Origin: Macrostomum lignano
Taxonomy: Eukaryota
DNA length: 64,000 bases
Assembly (NCBI GenBank): GCA_002269645.1
Contig: NIVC01000061.1
Location: 1,054,001 to 1,118,000 of the forward strand
Reading direction: 5' to 3'
Made by a program: the position numbers and the translations under genes. Shown piece by piece: positions 14,150 to 25,867 of this stretch. Positions within the stretch are counted from its first letter, which is position 1; each line of letters starts with the position of its first letter. The notes under the pieces were generated by a model. The model was given only the letters and a program-made list of their open reading frames with translations. It was not told the DNA's origin and did no database searches.

Positions 14150-14290
14150 AGGTTCAGGTTCAATGCCTGGAATGCCAGAGGCAAAAAAAACAAGAGTTGA
14201 GACCTCATTTGTGTGCCGGGTTTGTGTGCCAATACAAAAAAATTGTCATTTGACACAATATATCTGCTGTGTCATGTACACCTGGATATA
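14150..14290 (+). pseudogene. Possible decayed piggyBac-type C-terminal Cys-rich domain
   Basis: With one frameshift reads VQCLECQRQKK/RVETSFVCRVCVP, resembling CxxC..RxETxxxCxxC-VPLC; no DDD core recognised. Confidence 0.3.
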
Positions 14291-15471
14291 TCCTGATGTA
14301 CACAGAAAAATGGTATGTTGTATGCCAGGAAATCCTGGTGTACATGTTACCTTCCAAACTAAAGACTATGGCCTGATCATTGATATGGCCATGGCATATA
14401 AGTAGTCAAAGACCTAATTTAATATATAGGCCCTCACTAGTCTGCTGTTGCAGATCTTCATTCTTTATAAAGCTATTTAAAGGTAGAGCAAATAAACAGT
14501 ATTCATAGGCCTAGGCCCCTCCCTCGTCCCTCGTAGTTAAATACCATTTTACTGATTAAATTATTGACATTCATTCTGTACCAAAAGCATAGCAATGCAC
14601 ACGTGGCAGTTTAGGCCTAAACAGCTTTGGGCTTGCCAAGTTCAGAATTAAACAAAATGCCTAATTGGGATGATGCAATGTGCAATGATCACCATTAATA
14701 ACAACGCGACGACGATTTACTCTAAGATTACGACGTTAAAGGTAGTATAACGCTAGTATATTTTAACAAAGTAGCTTCTAACAAAATTATATTGTACCTA
14801 CCTTTTACGCAGTTAAATGCCTTTTTTAGTTTAAAGTTTTTTATTAGCTGAAATACACACAGAATAAATAAAACTACTGCGCTACACAATGAACGGCTTC
14901 CAGTCTATCCTCCGTAGTTTTTCCAGCGTACAATGTAAAAATGGACAGGGACAACTGAATACTATTCATTTAGATGTATATAGCTAGTATTCAGAATTTT
15001 TCTCTGGTGTGCGCAGTCTACGATGGAACTAAGTATGCATCAGCAACTTGAAGATATATCTATGGTTACCTTTAATTTCTGTCTCTCTCAGAGCTAGTAA
15101 AATTTTTGAATACGAGCGTTGCGTCGTAATTATTATAAGCATTATTTGTATGCATAAGACACACAGACACACAGAGTTTTGATTTTTATATGTAGAGATG
15201 TATAAGTTGTACTGCGTCAAATGTACATAAGATGTGCAGTACATGTTACGTACTGCATGTACTGAAACAGAAAGTTGGCTCACAAAGTCACTCTATTCAT
15301 CATATACATGTACCAAATCCAATATAGTTCGTGACAATCATTGTGTTTATTTTCTATATATCATTAACAAAGCAAGCGGATTCTGTGAATATAAATATAG
15401 CTATTATAAAGCAAAACGTCGAGTCGAATATAATCCATAATCCACGATCCGCTAATGCTCAATTATTTTCA

Positions 15472-17042
15472 TTAATTCTTCTTTTTGTAGTGACGAGTTG
15501 CCGTCACTTCCGGGTGGATTATCGTCTGCAAAGAGAAAAATAGGTTAAATTTACCTTAACACAGCATGTACAATTGTATATACATGTACATGTGCATTGT
15601 TGCACTCACCATAAGCAGTTCTCCGTCGCCAGTGATCTCGCGTACAATTTTCACCTGCGAATTGGCTTTGACGTCGTCAGCGCTGGCCGAATTCAGCGGC
15701 CCCGTGTAAATCACCAGCTTGCCGTCCTCCCATTTGGTCAGCGCCTGAAGCGCGCAGAGAGGCAGATTATCCATTTTGGGAGGATCTGATCATGCTGCTG
15801 GGGTGTCATGCAGGTGGAGGGTCATGCTGCTGGGGTGTCATAGGCTGGAAGGTCATGCTGCTGGGGTGTCATTATAGGCTGGAAGGTCATGCTGCTGGGG
15901 TGTCATAGGCTGGAAGGTCATGCTGCTGGGGTGTCATGCAGGTGGAGGGTCATGCTGCTGGGGTGTCATTAGGCTGGAGGGTTATGCTGCTGGGGTGTCA
16001 TGCAGGTTGAGGGTCAACGACCCGGCCTTGATCATAATAAATCTTGTCCAACTCACATCGTGCAGCTCTTTGGCGCCGCCAGACCACTGCACAATTCCGT
16101 CGACCTTAAAGATGGTCTCATCGTGAAAGCCCAACGAGCTGACTGACAGCTTCAACTCGGAGTCGCTCAGCTTCTCAAGCAACAGGGTTGAAGTCAGTTT
16201 TGGGCCTATTTTCTGCTGCAGCCAGCCCATACCTGCAATATTGGGGCGTGCGACCTTCAGTGTTACTTTGCTAAAAAAATCTCGTAATTCATAGTTTGCA
16301 TTATGTTTGCAACCTGGCGCACTTTAAGCGACATTGTCACACAATTACTGCATTAGTAATTGTGGCATTACTGCCCATTCCGCCGACTCCCCTGAGCAGG
16401 CACACAAGCGCGCGGATACGTACGCAGGCACACACTCACACAGGAGTGTACAGCGGCCCTAACTGTATTTATTTTTAGGCGTGCATGGACACTTTACTGT
16501 GTTTTGGGGGTTGGCCCTCGGCCTCAAGGGCGTTAATTGCACGAGCAGAGCCAAGCCGAGATTCCAATTTAGCCCAAAATTAATGCGACTGCACTTGGAA
16601 TCGAGCCTGGGTCGCTGCCAAATAAAGCGCCGCGCAGGACTACTGGGGCTACGGCCCCAGTGTATTGCTTTCTCTGAGTGTAGTATGTAAAATGTGTTGC
16701 GAGTATGCAGCTTGTATTAATGTATTATGTACAATTTGCGCGCACATGCATCATATAGCATCCAGGATGCAGCTTGTTCTATGTACAACACATGCATGTA
16801 CATGTATCACATAGCATCCAGGATGCAGCTTGTTCTATGTACAACACATGCATGTACATGTATCACATAGCATCCAGGATGCAGCTTGTTCTATGTACAA
16901 CACATGCATGTACATGTATCACATAGCATCCAGGATGCAGCTTGCAGAAACAGGCATCCAACTCACCGAGCTTCTCAAAGAATACGTCCAAATTATCGCT
17001 TTTGTAGCTCTCCCACTTGCCAAACAGGGCGGAGTTTTCCAT
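15472..17042 (-). CDS. Intracellular lipid-binding protein (FABP/CRABP family), 4 exons, 146 aa
   Basis: join(17042..16967, 16232..16057, 15744..15610, 15525..15472), all GT-AG in phase; LFGKWESYKSDNLDVFFEKLGMG, KWEDGKLV, REITGDGELLM, VTATRHYKK; canonical 3-intron iLBP layout; minus-strand AATAAA at 15346-15351. Confidence 0.92.
15788..16010. repeat. About 31 bp minisatellite in iLBP intron 2
   Basis: (CATGCTGCTGGGGTGTCATAGGCTGGAAGGT)n-type units. Confidence 0.9.
16400..16662 (-). mobile_element. tRNA-derived SINE-like copy S2 in iLBP intron 1
   Basis: Head GGGGCCGTAGCCCCAGTAG...GGCTCGATTCC, body GCTCTGCTCGTGCAATTAACGCCCTT, tail CCTGTGTGAGTGTGTG; colinear with 34270-34525. Confidence 0.7.
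16750..16945. repeat. 56 bp tandem repeat, about 3.5 copies
   Basis: ATAGCATCC recurs at 16811, 16867, 16923. Confidence 0.92.
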
Positions 17043-17574
17043 TGCAATTTTTCTCTGGCGATGGGTCGAGCTGCACTGCAACTGCGCAGAACCAGAATGA
17101 ATTGACACCAAAGGCTTCGGTAGGGGGGGGGGGATAGTTCCCTGTTTAAATATCCCCTCTTTTGCGCTTGTTTGGTTGCATTGGTTAGATCCTCAATCAT
17201 TCCTGCAGTGCAAGGAAAAATATCCGTAGGAATGTCCCCAGCCGGGGCCCTGGATACTGTGTGACTGCAGATCGACATTGGAACGCGTTCCCCCAGTTGT
17301 TGGTGCATTCGGAGACTGTATGGCATTGGTGGAAGCAAAAGGTAAATTATACTAGCGCTCGGTGTGCATTCCATTTGAGATAAAAAAGCGTTTGATTATG
17401 TAATGCTAGCAGATAAAAACATAGCTATCCTGTACGAACTGATCAGAAAGATGGAAACCAGCATGCTTCGTGTAAGTTTTAGCATCCCATATTGCCCACA
17501 ACAATTTTGATGTTCACCTTTAAACATTAGGATAAATAAACAGAGATGAGAGACAGCTGGGAGAGATTAGATCA

Positions 17575-17765
17575 GAAAGGAAGAGACAGGAGAGAGAATA
17601 GATCAGAGAGGGAGAGACAGGAGAGAGAATAGATCAGAGAGGGAGAGACAGGAGAGAGAATAGATCAGAGAGGGAGAGACAGGAGAGAGAATAGATCAGA
17701 GAGGGAGAGACAGGAGAGAGAATACATCAGAGAGGGAGAGACAGAAGAGAGAATAGATCAGAGAT
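17575..17765. repeat. 31 bp GA-rich minisatellite
   Basis: (GAGAGGGAGAGACAGGAGAGAGAATAGATCA)n. Confidence 0.9.
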
Positions 17766-18094
17766 GAGAGTGGGTTATTACACCAATACACGGGAGACAT
17801 TACTGCTTGACTCTGCAGCCTCTATCCATCACAGTCAAAGATGCGACGCCGTAGTCAGCTGACCAAGCCTCAGAAGCATATGCATGCATTTTTGCCCTAT
17901 CAAATGCCCTCCAGATGTCCCTGTCGAGCCCGTAAGACAGTGTGTAAGCTGCACTTAAGATTTATAACTCGCAAATGGCGAATGCAATTATGAAATACAG
18001 CTCCTGAAAAATTGGAAGGAAAAGTTCAAAAGTGCATATTGGGCAAGTTTAAATAATCATGCAGTGTTTGCAGTCTGCCCCATGTCTATATAAG

Positions 18095-19812
18095 ACCCAA
18101 TCTATACTGACCCAGATCTTACAGACCCAAATCTATACAGACCCATATCTTACAGATCCAGATCTTACAGACCCAAATCTATAGACTTAAATCTTACAGA
18201 CCCAAATCTATAGACTTAAATCTTACAGACCCAAATCTTACAGACCCAGATCGTACAGACCCAAATCTTACAGACCCAAATCTATACAGACCCAGACCTT
18301 ACAGACCCAAATCTTACAGATCCAAATCTATACAGACCCAGACCTTACAGACCCAAATCTTACAGACCCAAATCTTACAGACCCAGACCTTACAGACCCA
18401 AATCTTACAGACCCAAATCTTACAGACCCAAATCTTACAGACCCAAATCTTACAGACCCAAATCTTACAGACCCAAATCTTACAGACCCAAATCTTACAG
18501 ACCCAAATCTTACAGACCCAAATCTTACAGACCCAAATCTTACAGACCCAAATCTTACAGACCCAAATCTTACAGACCCAAATCTTACAGACCCAAATCT
18601 TACAGACCCAAATCTTACAGACCCAAATCTTACAGACCCAAATCTTACAGACCCAAATCTTACAGACCCAAATCTTACAGACCCAAATCTTACAGACCCA
18701 GACCTTACAGACCCAAATCTTACAGACCCAAATCTTACAGACCCAAATCTTACAGACCCAAATCTTACAGACCCAAATCTTACAGACCCAAATCTTACAG
18801 ACCCAAATCTTACAGACCCAAATCTTACAGACCCATACAGACCCAGACCTTACAGACCCAAATCTTACAGACCCAAATCTTACAGACCCAGATCTTTCAG
18901 ACCCAAATCTTACAGACCCAAATCTTACAGACCCAAATCTTACAGACCCAGATCGTACAGACCCAAATCTTACAGACCCAAATCTATACAGACCCAGACC
19001 TTACAGACCCAAATCTTACAGATCCAAATCTATACAGACCCAGACCTTACAGACCCAAATCTTACAGACCCAAATCTTACAGACCCAGACCTTACAGACC
19101 CAAATCTTACAGACCCAAATCTTACAGACCCAAATCTTACAGACCCAAATCTTACAGACCCAAATCTTACAGACCCAAATCTTACAGACCCAAATCTTAC
19201 AGACCCAGACCTTACAGACCCAAATCTTACAGACCCAAATCTTACAGACCCAAATCTTACAGACCCAGATCTTACAGACCCAAATCTTTCAGACCCAAAT
19301 CTTACAGACCCAAATCTTACAGACCCAAATCTTACAGACCCAAATCTTACAGACCCAGATCTTACAGACCCAGATCTTACAGACCCAAATCTTTCAGACC
19401 CAAATCTTACAGACCCAAATCTTACAGACCCAAATCTTACAGACCCAAATCTTACAGACCCAAATCTTTCAGACCCAAATCTTACAGACCTAAATCTTAC
19501 AGACCCAAATCTTTCAGACCCAAATCTTACAGACCCAAATCTTACAGACCCAAATCTTACAGACCCAAATCTTACAGACCCAGATCTTACAGACCCAGAT
19601 CTTACAGACCCAAATCTTTCAGACCCAAATCTTACAGACCTAAATCTTACAGACCCAAATCTTACAGACCCAAATCTTACAGACCCAAATCTTACAGACC
19701 CAAATCTTTCAGACCCAAATCTTACAGACCCAAATCTTTCAGACCCAAATCTTACAGACCCAAATCTTACAGACCCAGATCTTACAGACCCAAATCTTAC
19801 AGACCCAGATCC
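18095..19812. repeat. 15 bp minisatellite (TACAGACCCAAATCT)n
   Basis: About 1.7 kb of tandem units. Confidence 0.97.
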
Positions 19813-20502
19813 AGCTCGTCTACAGAGCCAAAAAGTCCCAAACGCTAAACCTGACGAACGTCAGGAAAAGCTAAAAGACAAAAAAGTTATTTTCGCAAAA
19901 GCTCTGTGACGTCACTTCATGGCTGAATACCAATACAGTAAGGCAAGTTCAATAATGTCGCCTTATTGGTGGCAAAAAAATTGATTATAGTTGACTGGTT
20001 ACATGTATAAAATAGTAATAGTAAATAGCCATAGTAAAACATAGTCGTTAGTAATATTGGGTAGCTATATACAATATCCGTTAAGCAAACGGATTCAGCC
20101 TGCACGAGCACATTTTTACCGATTTATTGGCGATTTCTTAGAAATTTCTAGTGCAATAACAATCATTGGGTTTTGGAATGAAACAGGTACCTCATTTTGC
20201 TACTTGCAGTAGTGTACATAACCAGCTTGCAAGTTTGTGCGACACAAGTTCAGATTGAGCTCCAATGAAGGCGTTTAAACCTGCTGAGTTGAAATCCTGA
20301 TAAAACATTATTTCTGGTAACATGATGAACCGCTCACAATCTTTAATTGCATTTTCCGGTTACGGGAGCAAAAATTGAAGGCTTATTGGATGGTTTGGAT
20401 GAGCAGGCTTGAGTCATTGTATGCAGTAGTATTGCAGCTTTAATCTATTTTTTATGCTAGTTGTGACAATCTTATCAACGCTTTGATGTCCTCGAAGAAG
20501 TG

Positions 20503-21190
20503 AGAATCTGAGCACGGGGTGACCTTGGAGAAGAGGAATCTGAGCTCGGGTGACCTTGCGGACAGGGAATCTGAGCTCGGGTGACCTTGCGGACAGAGAA
20601 TCTGAGCACGGGGTGACCTTGGGGAAGAGGAATCTGAGCTCGGGTGACCTTGCGGACAGGGAATCTGAGCTCGGGTGACCTTGCGGACAGGGAATCTGAG
20701 CACGGGGTGACCTTGGGGAAGAGGAATCTGAGCTCGGGTGACCTTGCGGACAGGGAATCTGAGCTCGGGTGACCTTGCGGACAGGGAATCTGAGCTCGGG
20801 TGACCTTGGGGAAGAGGAATCTGAGCTCGGGTGACCTTGCGGACAGGGAATCTGAGCTCGGGTGACCTTGGGGAAGAGGGAATCTGAGCATGACTGACAT
20901 TGGGGAAGGGGGAATCTGAGCATGACTGACCTTGGGGAAGGGGGAGTCTGAGCATGACGACTGATTTTGGAGAAGGGAGAATTTGAGCATGACTGATTTT
21001 GGGAAAGGGGTATCTGAGCATGACTGACCTTGGGGAAGGGGTATTTGAGCATGACTGATTTGGGGGAAGGGGTATCTGAGCATGACTGATTTGGGGGGAG
21101 GGGTATCTGAGCATGACTGACCTTGGGGAAGGGGTATCTGAGCATGACTGACCTTGGGGAAGGGGTATCTGAGCATGACTGACCTTGGAG
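20503..21190. repeat. About 31 bp minisatellite, two related sub-arrays, 3' of RASSF gene
   Basis: GAATCTGAGCTCGGGTGACCTTGCGGACAGG then TATCTGAGCATGACTGACCTTGGGGAAGGGG; explains overlapping ORFs 20414-21234. Confidence 0.92.
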
Positions 21191-21307
21191 AGGGAGAATC
21201 CTCGTGACACCTCTTTAGGAAGTAAATCGAGCATGTGTAACCCAGAGGAGATGCTTCAAAAAGATTAAATAATGAAATATAGCCTAAATCGCTGCTCTAC
21301 CCAAGGT

Positions 21308-24300
21308 CTACAGGTGTGACGCGTGCTCTCTCCTCAAAGTGGCAACTGTCGAGCCGTCTCGCCTCTGCCGCAGCGCCTTCTCCATGGCCGCCTTGGCCCA
21401 CCGGAAGCAGGCTTTGGTGGCGGCGATCTCCGCCTCCTCCTCCTGGGTCAGGCTGTCCAGCAGGTGGTGCAGCATGGGGGTGGGCAGGCTGGCCAGCTGC
21501 AGGATGCTGCCCCTGGGAGCGGGGCGGCCGGCCTCGCGGACCAGCAGCTTCCCCGACCGGGACTCGTCTGGGCCTAGCGACAGGCGCACCCGGAGCGGGC
21601 AGTCCAGAGGCGACAGAGTCAACTCCCAGCCGTCGGAGGTCAGCACAGCGATGCAGTAAGCCTCGGGCGGTTGGCGGATCATATACTTGGCGAACAGGTG
21701 CCCGATCACCTGGGCACAGTGCGTTCGGTGGCATATTAGTTTGGGCAGAGTCAATTCGAGGCTTTTTTATTGTCTGCGACTTTGAAACAACTCTATAGGC
21801 GCTTCTATCGTGACTCTAGGGCCGTAGAGCCGCTGCAGAGCTACTGAGTTGCGTCCAAAACGCATCTGCGTCATTTATGAATCGGAATCGCAAATCGAGT
21901 TTGCGCATCTCGTAATTACGCTCGAATAACAACTCTATTTAGTCTACTTGAGTTAGTAGAAGGCTAAAACAACGCTTCTTGAATGAACTTTTCGCAACTC
22001 TTATACGATTTTACAACTCCCGTTGTTGCACTCGAGACTCTAGAGCCGCCTCTCCGTTGCATTTCAGTCGTTTGAGTCGTTAAAAAGTCACAAGAGTCGC
22101 TAGGGTCACTAATGAGTTGCTTGCAATTACTATTTAGCTCGGTTCTTGTCATGGTGACAATTTGAACGGGACAGCACTTCAAGGAGTTGAGAGCGTCATA
22201 GTGTGGTTCTGACACCTGCTCACTACTAATTGAAATCACCTGCTGGGAGTTCATCAGTTGTTTATTTTCATTCATTTCATTTATTTAAATTCGACTTATA
22301 TGCTATCTGTCTGCGTGTGACTTAAAGGTGTAACATATTCCACTTCATTTATTTCTTGTGCCGACTATTTTGAATGACCTTAAAGCTTAATGTCGCGCGA
22401 GCTTAGGTCATATATGAATGCGCAAATCACTCCAGAACCCCGGATAAGCTGCTAGATAATTTATCGCGTTGTTTGAATCGTTCGTTGCCGATTTTCAAGG
22501 GCCATACGAAACGTTCTACGAGATCGTTAGGATAGAAAATTAAGATGACGGTGAAGCCTCACCTGATGCACCCGGTCGCCAATATCCGCCAGCACCTGCA
22601 CACTCTGGCCAGCGTCCGGCAGCACCGAGCTCGGCCCCCTGAATGCGTGCCCGTTCACCGAGCGGCGCCAATTGGCCGGAATTTTCTGACGCCTGCGTCG
22701 GCGACGAAGTCTGACGCCAGCGAAAGCCTGCGGTGCGGAGCGGGTGGACACGGGCGTCAGCAGCCATCTTTCAATATGGTCTCACAGGGGGCGTCAAACT
22801 GGGTGTCAGGAGGCGTCAAACTGGGTGTCAGGAGGCGTCAAACTGGATATAAGGAGGCGTCAAACTGGGTATAAGGAGGCGTCAAACTGGGCGTCAGGAG
22901 GCGTCAAACTGGGTGTCAGGAGGCGTCAAACTGGATATAAGGAGGCGTCAAACTGGGTATAAGGAGGCGTCAAACTGGGTGTCAGGAGGCGTCAAACTGG
23001 GTGTCAGGAGGCGTCAAACTGGGTGTAAGGAGGCGTCAAACTGGGTGTCAGAGGCGTCAAACTGGGTATAAGGAGGCGTCAAACTGGGTGTCAGGAGGCG
23101 TCAAACTGGGTGTCAGGAGGCGTCAAACTGGGTATAAGGAGGCGTCAAACTGGGTGTCAGGAGGCGTCAAACTGGGTATAAGGAGGCGTCAAACTGGGTG
23201 TCAGGGACATCGGGGAATCAGGGAATCAGGGAAATACGCAATTCACTCAACCCGAACCGAACCAGAGACACCTTGCTTTAACTTTGCCTTGGTCACAAGC
23301 TCCTGGACTCCTTCTAGGGACCACTGATTAGTTTCAAAACAACTGACCAACACTGTCAAAGACCATGACGCAAGCTTCAGAGGTTTCTGCTGCTCTGCTT
23401 ATAATACCAGCACTTAATTCTGAAATTAGAACTTCAGATGCAAATATAAAGTTCAGTTTAGAAGGCTAAGCTACAAAGCTAAACACATGTAGATTGCTAT
23501 ACTTATTATTTCTAAAGGAAAGTTTGGGCTGGGTGAGGCCTAGGAACTACATGTATTATAAAGATTAGTTTAAAATGTAATATGTAAGGCACAATGGGCC
23601 TTGCTGAATCTAGTAAGATAAAAAAAGTGAAGAGTGAAGAGTGTAGTGGCTTCTAGTAGTCTTAAAGTAGACTATGTAGGATAGAGTAGACTACTGTAGA
23701 CTTAGAGGATAGAGCAACTTAGACTGAGAGAATGGCAGATTAGACTGAAAGAATGGCAGATTAGACTGGGAGAGTAGCAGATTAGACTGGGAGAGTGGCA
23801 GATTTGACTGGGAGAGATGGCAGATTTGACTGAGAGAGTGGCAGATTAGACTGAGAGAGTGGCAGATTTGACTGAGAGAGTGGCAGATTAGACTGGGAGA
23901 GTGGCAGATTAGAATGAGAGAGAATGGCAGATTAGACTGAGAGAGTGGCAGATTAGACTGGGAGAGTGGCAGATTAGACTGGGAGAGATGGCAGATTTGA
24001 CTGAGAGAGTGGCAGATTAGACTGGGAGAGTGGCAGATTAGACTGGGAGAGTGGCAGATTAGAATGAGAGAGAATGGCAGATTTGACTGAGAGAGTGGCA
24101 GATTAGACTGGGAGAGTGGCAGATTAGACTGAGAGAATGGCAGATTAGACTGGGAGAGTGGCAGATTAGACTGAGAGAATGGCAGATTAGACTGGGAGAG
24201 TGGCAGATTAGACTGGGAGAGTAGCAGATTAGACTGAGAGAGTGGCAGATTTGACTGGGAGAGTGGCAGATTTGACTGGGAGAGTGGCAGATTAGACTGG

Positions 24301-25275
24301 GAGAGTGGCAGATTAGACTGGGAGAGTGGCAGATTAGAATGAGAGAGAATGGCAGATTTGACTGAGAGAGTGGCAGATTAGACTGGGAGAGTGGCAGATT
24401 AGACTGGGAGAGTAGCAGATTAGACTGAGAGAATGGCAGATTAGACTGGGAGAGTGGCAGATTAGACTGGGAGAGTGGCAGATTAGACTGGGAGAGTAGC
24501 AGATTAGAATGAGAGAGAATGGCAGATTTGACTGAGAGAGTGGCAGATTAGACTGGGAGAGTGGCAGATTAGACTGAGAGAATGGCAGATTAGACTGGGA
24601 GAGTGGCAGATTAGACTGGGAGAGTGGCAGATTAGACTGGGAGAGTGGCAGATTAGACTGGGAGAGTAGCAGATTAGACTGAGAGAATGGCAGATTAGAC
24701 TGGGAGAGTGGCAGATTAGACTGGGAGAGTGGCAGATTAGACTGGGAGAGTAGCAGATTAGACTGAGAGAATGGCAGATTAGACTGGGAGAGTGGCAGAT
24801 TAGACTGGGAGAGTGGCAGATTAGACTGGGAGAGTAGCAGATTAGACTGAGAGAATGGCAGATTAGACTGGGAGAGTGGCAGATTAGACTGGGAGAGTGG
24901 CAGATTAGACTGAGGGAGTGGCAGAATACACCATAAAAGTGACAATCCGCTGACCTCCTCGCCATCCTCAGCAACCTGATCCTCCTGCAGCTCCTGGTCG
25001 GGTTTGTCCTCCTCTGTCGCTGCGCCGTCCAACGCTCGATCGCCCAGATCGCCCAGATACGCGTAGTGCCCATTCAGCGGCTTTGAGCCGTCGCTCTCCA
25101 GCAGAGCCAGGCAGCCCCACACGTCCCAGTGCAGCCTCAGCTGGCCGCTGCAGGCCAAGCCGCTTGCAGTTTTGATCAGCTGGACTCGCTCGGAGTCCGA
25201 CCGACATCTGGCATTGAAAGCGGCGACGTGTGCCTCAATGTCGGACTCTTCGGCTTGGCGCAGATGCTGGCTCAT
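21308..25275 (-). CDS. RASSF2/4: RASSF2/4-like (RA + SARAH domain) protein, 3 exons, 295 aa
   Basis: join(25275..24955, 22727..22563, 21709..21308), phase 0 GT-AG; N-terminal SGQLRLHW, WRRSVNGHAF, RA end CPLRVRLSLGPDE, SARAH-like LPTPMLHHLLDSLTQEEEAEI. Confidence 0.85.
22790..23203. repeat. 22 bp minisatellite (AGGAGGCGTCAAACTGGGTGTC)n in RASSF intron 1
   Basis: Direct reading. Confidence 0.95.
23718..24925. repeat. 21 bp minisatellite (GAGAGTGGCAGATTAGACTGG)n in RASSF intron 1
   Basis: Direct reading; starts about 30 nt after the donor. Confidence 0.96.
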
Positions 25276-25624
25276 GGCTGCACAACATTCGAATGCATGC
25301 TTTTAATACGTTCGTTCGAGTCTGCAATGGGTCTGTTGCTTTTTTGCTTTAATGGCGCTTAAAAATGCCTGCCTTTAAATGCTAGTGGCTATATGAGAGC
25401 AACGTTTGACCGCGGCCTCCCCCCACTGCGCTGGCATGTGTACGGCAAGAAATAAGCGCCTGCGGTTCTGTGGCTCCGTCTCTCTCTCTCTCTCTCTGCG
25501 TGCGTGCCGCTCTCTCTCCCGCCTCCAGTCCATGGACTTCTGCAGCTATAGAATACGGAGTGGAAACTCGTGTGGAAAGGTGCGCAGTTCTTTGGTAATT
25601 TTTTGCACATTTTCTAATCAGGCC

Positions 25625-25835
25625 CAGGGACAACTAAAAAACTCGGGACGGGAACAAGCCAAATCATGGTGAAAAAAGTTGGGGACTCGTTTAAGTCTAT
25701 GGGCGCCCAGTTTTTCATGCATTGAAAGTTCATGCTAGTTGGATGGCCATAGGACACTGCGCTTTCAAACGAGCCCCCAACTTTTTTCACCATGATTTGG
25801 CTTGTTTCGCGTCCCGAGTGTTTTAGTTGTCCCTG
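25625..25835. mobile_element. hAT-type MITE, 211 bp
   Basis: About 73 bp TIRs starting CAGGGACAACTAAAA; exact 8-bp TSD ATCAGGCC at 25617-25624 and 25836-25843. Confidence 0.88.
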
Positions 25836-25867
25836 ATCAGGCCTCTATGCGATCGCAGAATGAAGCG

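Noticed and set aside
20414-21234. Repeat-derived ORFs here and at 24334-25073 (tail), 35681-36217, 40022-40372, 51585-52911, 55377-55886, 59473-60306
   Set aside because: Translations of minisatellites with periodic peptides; they lie in introns or UTRs of genes modelled above.
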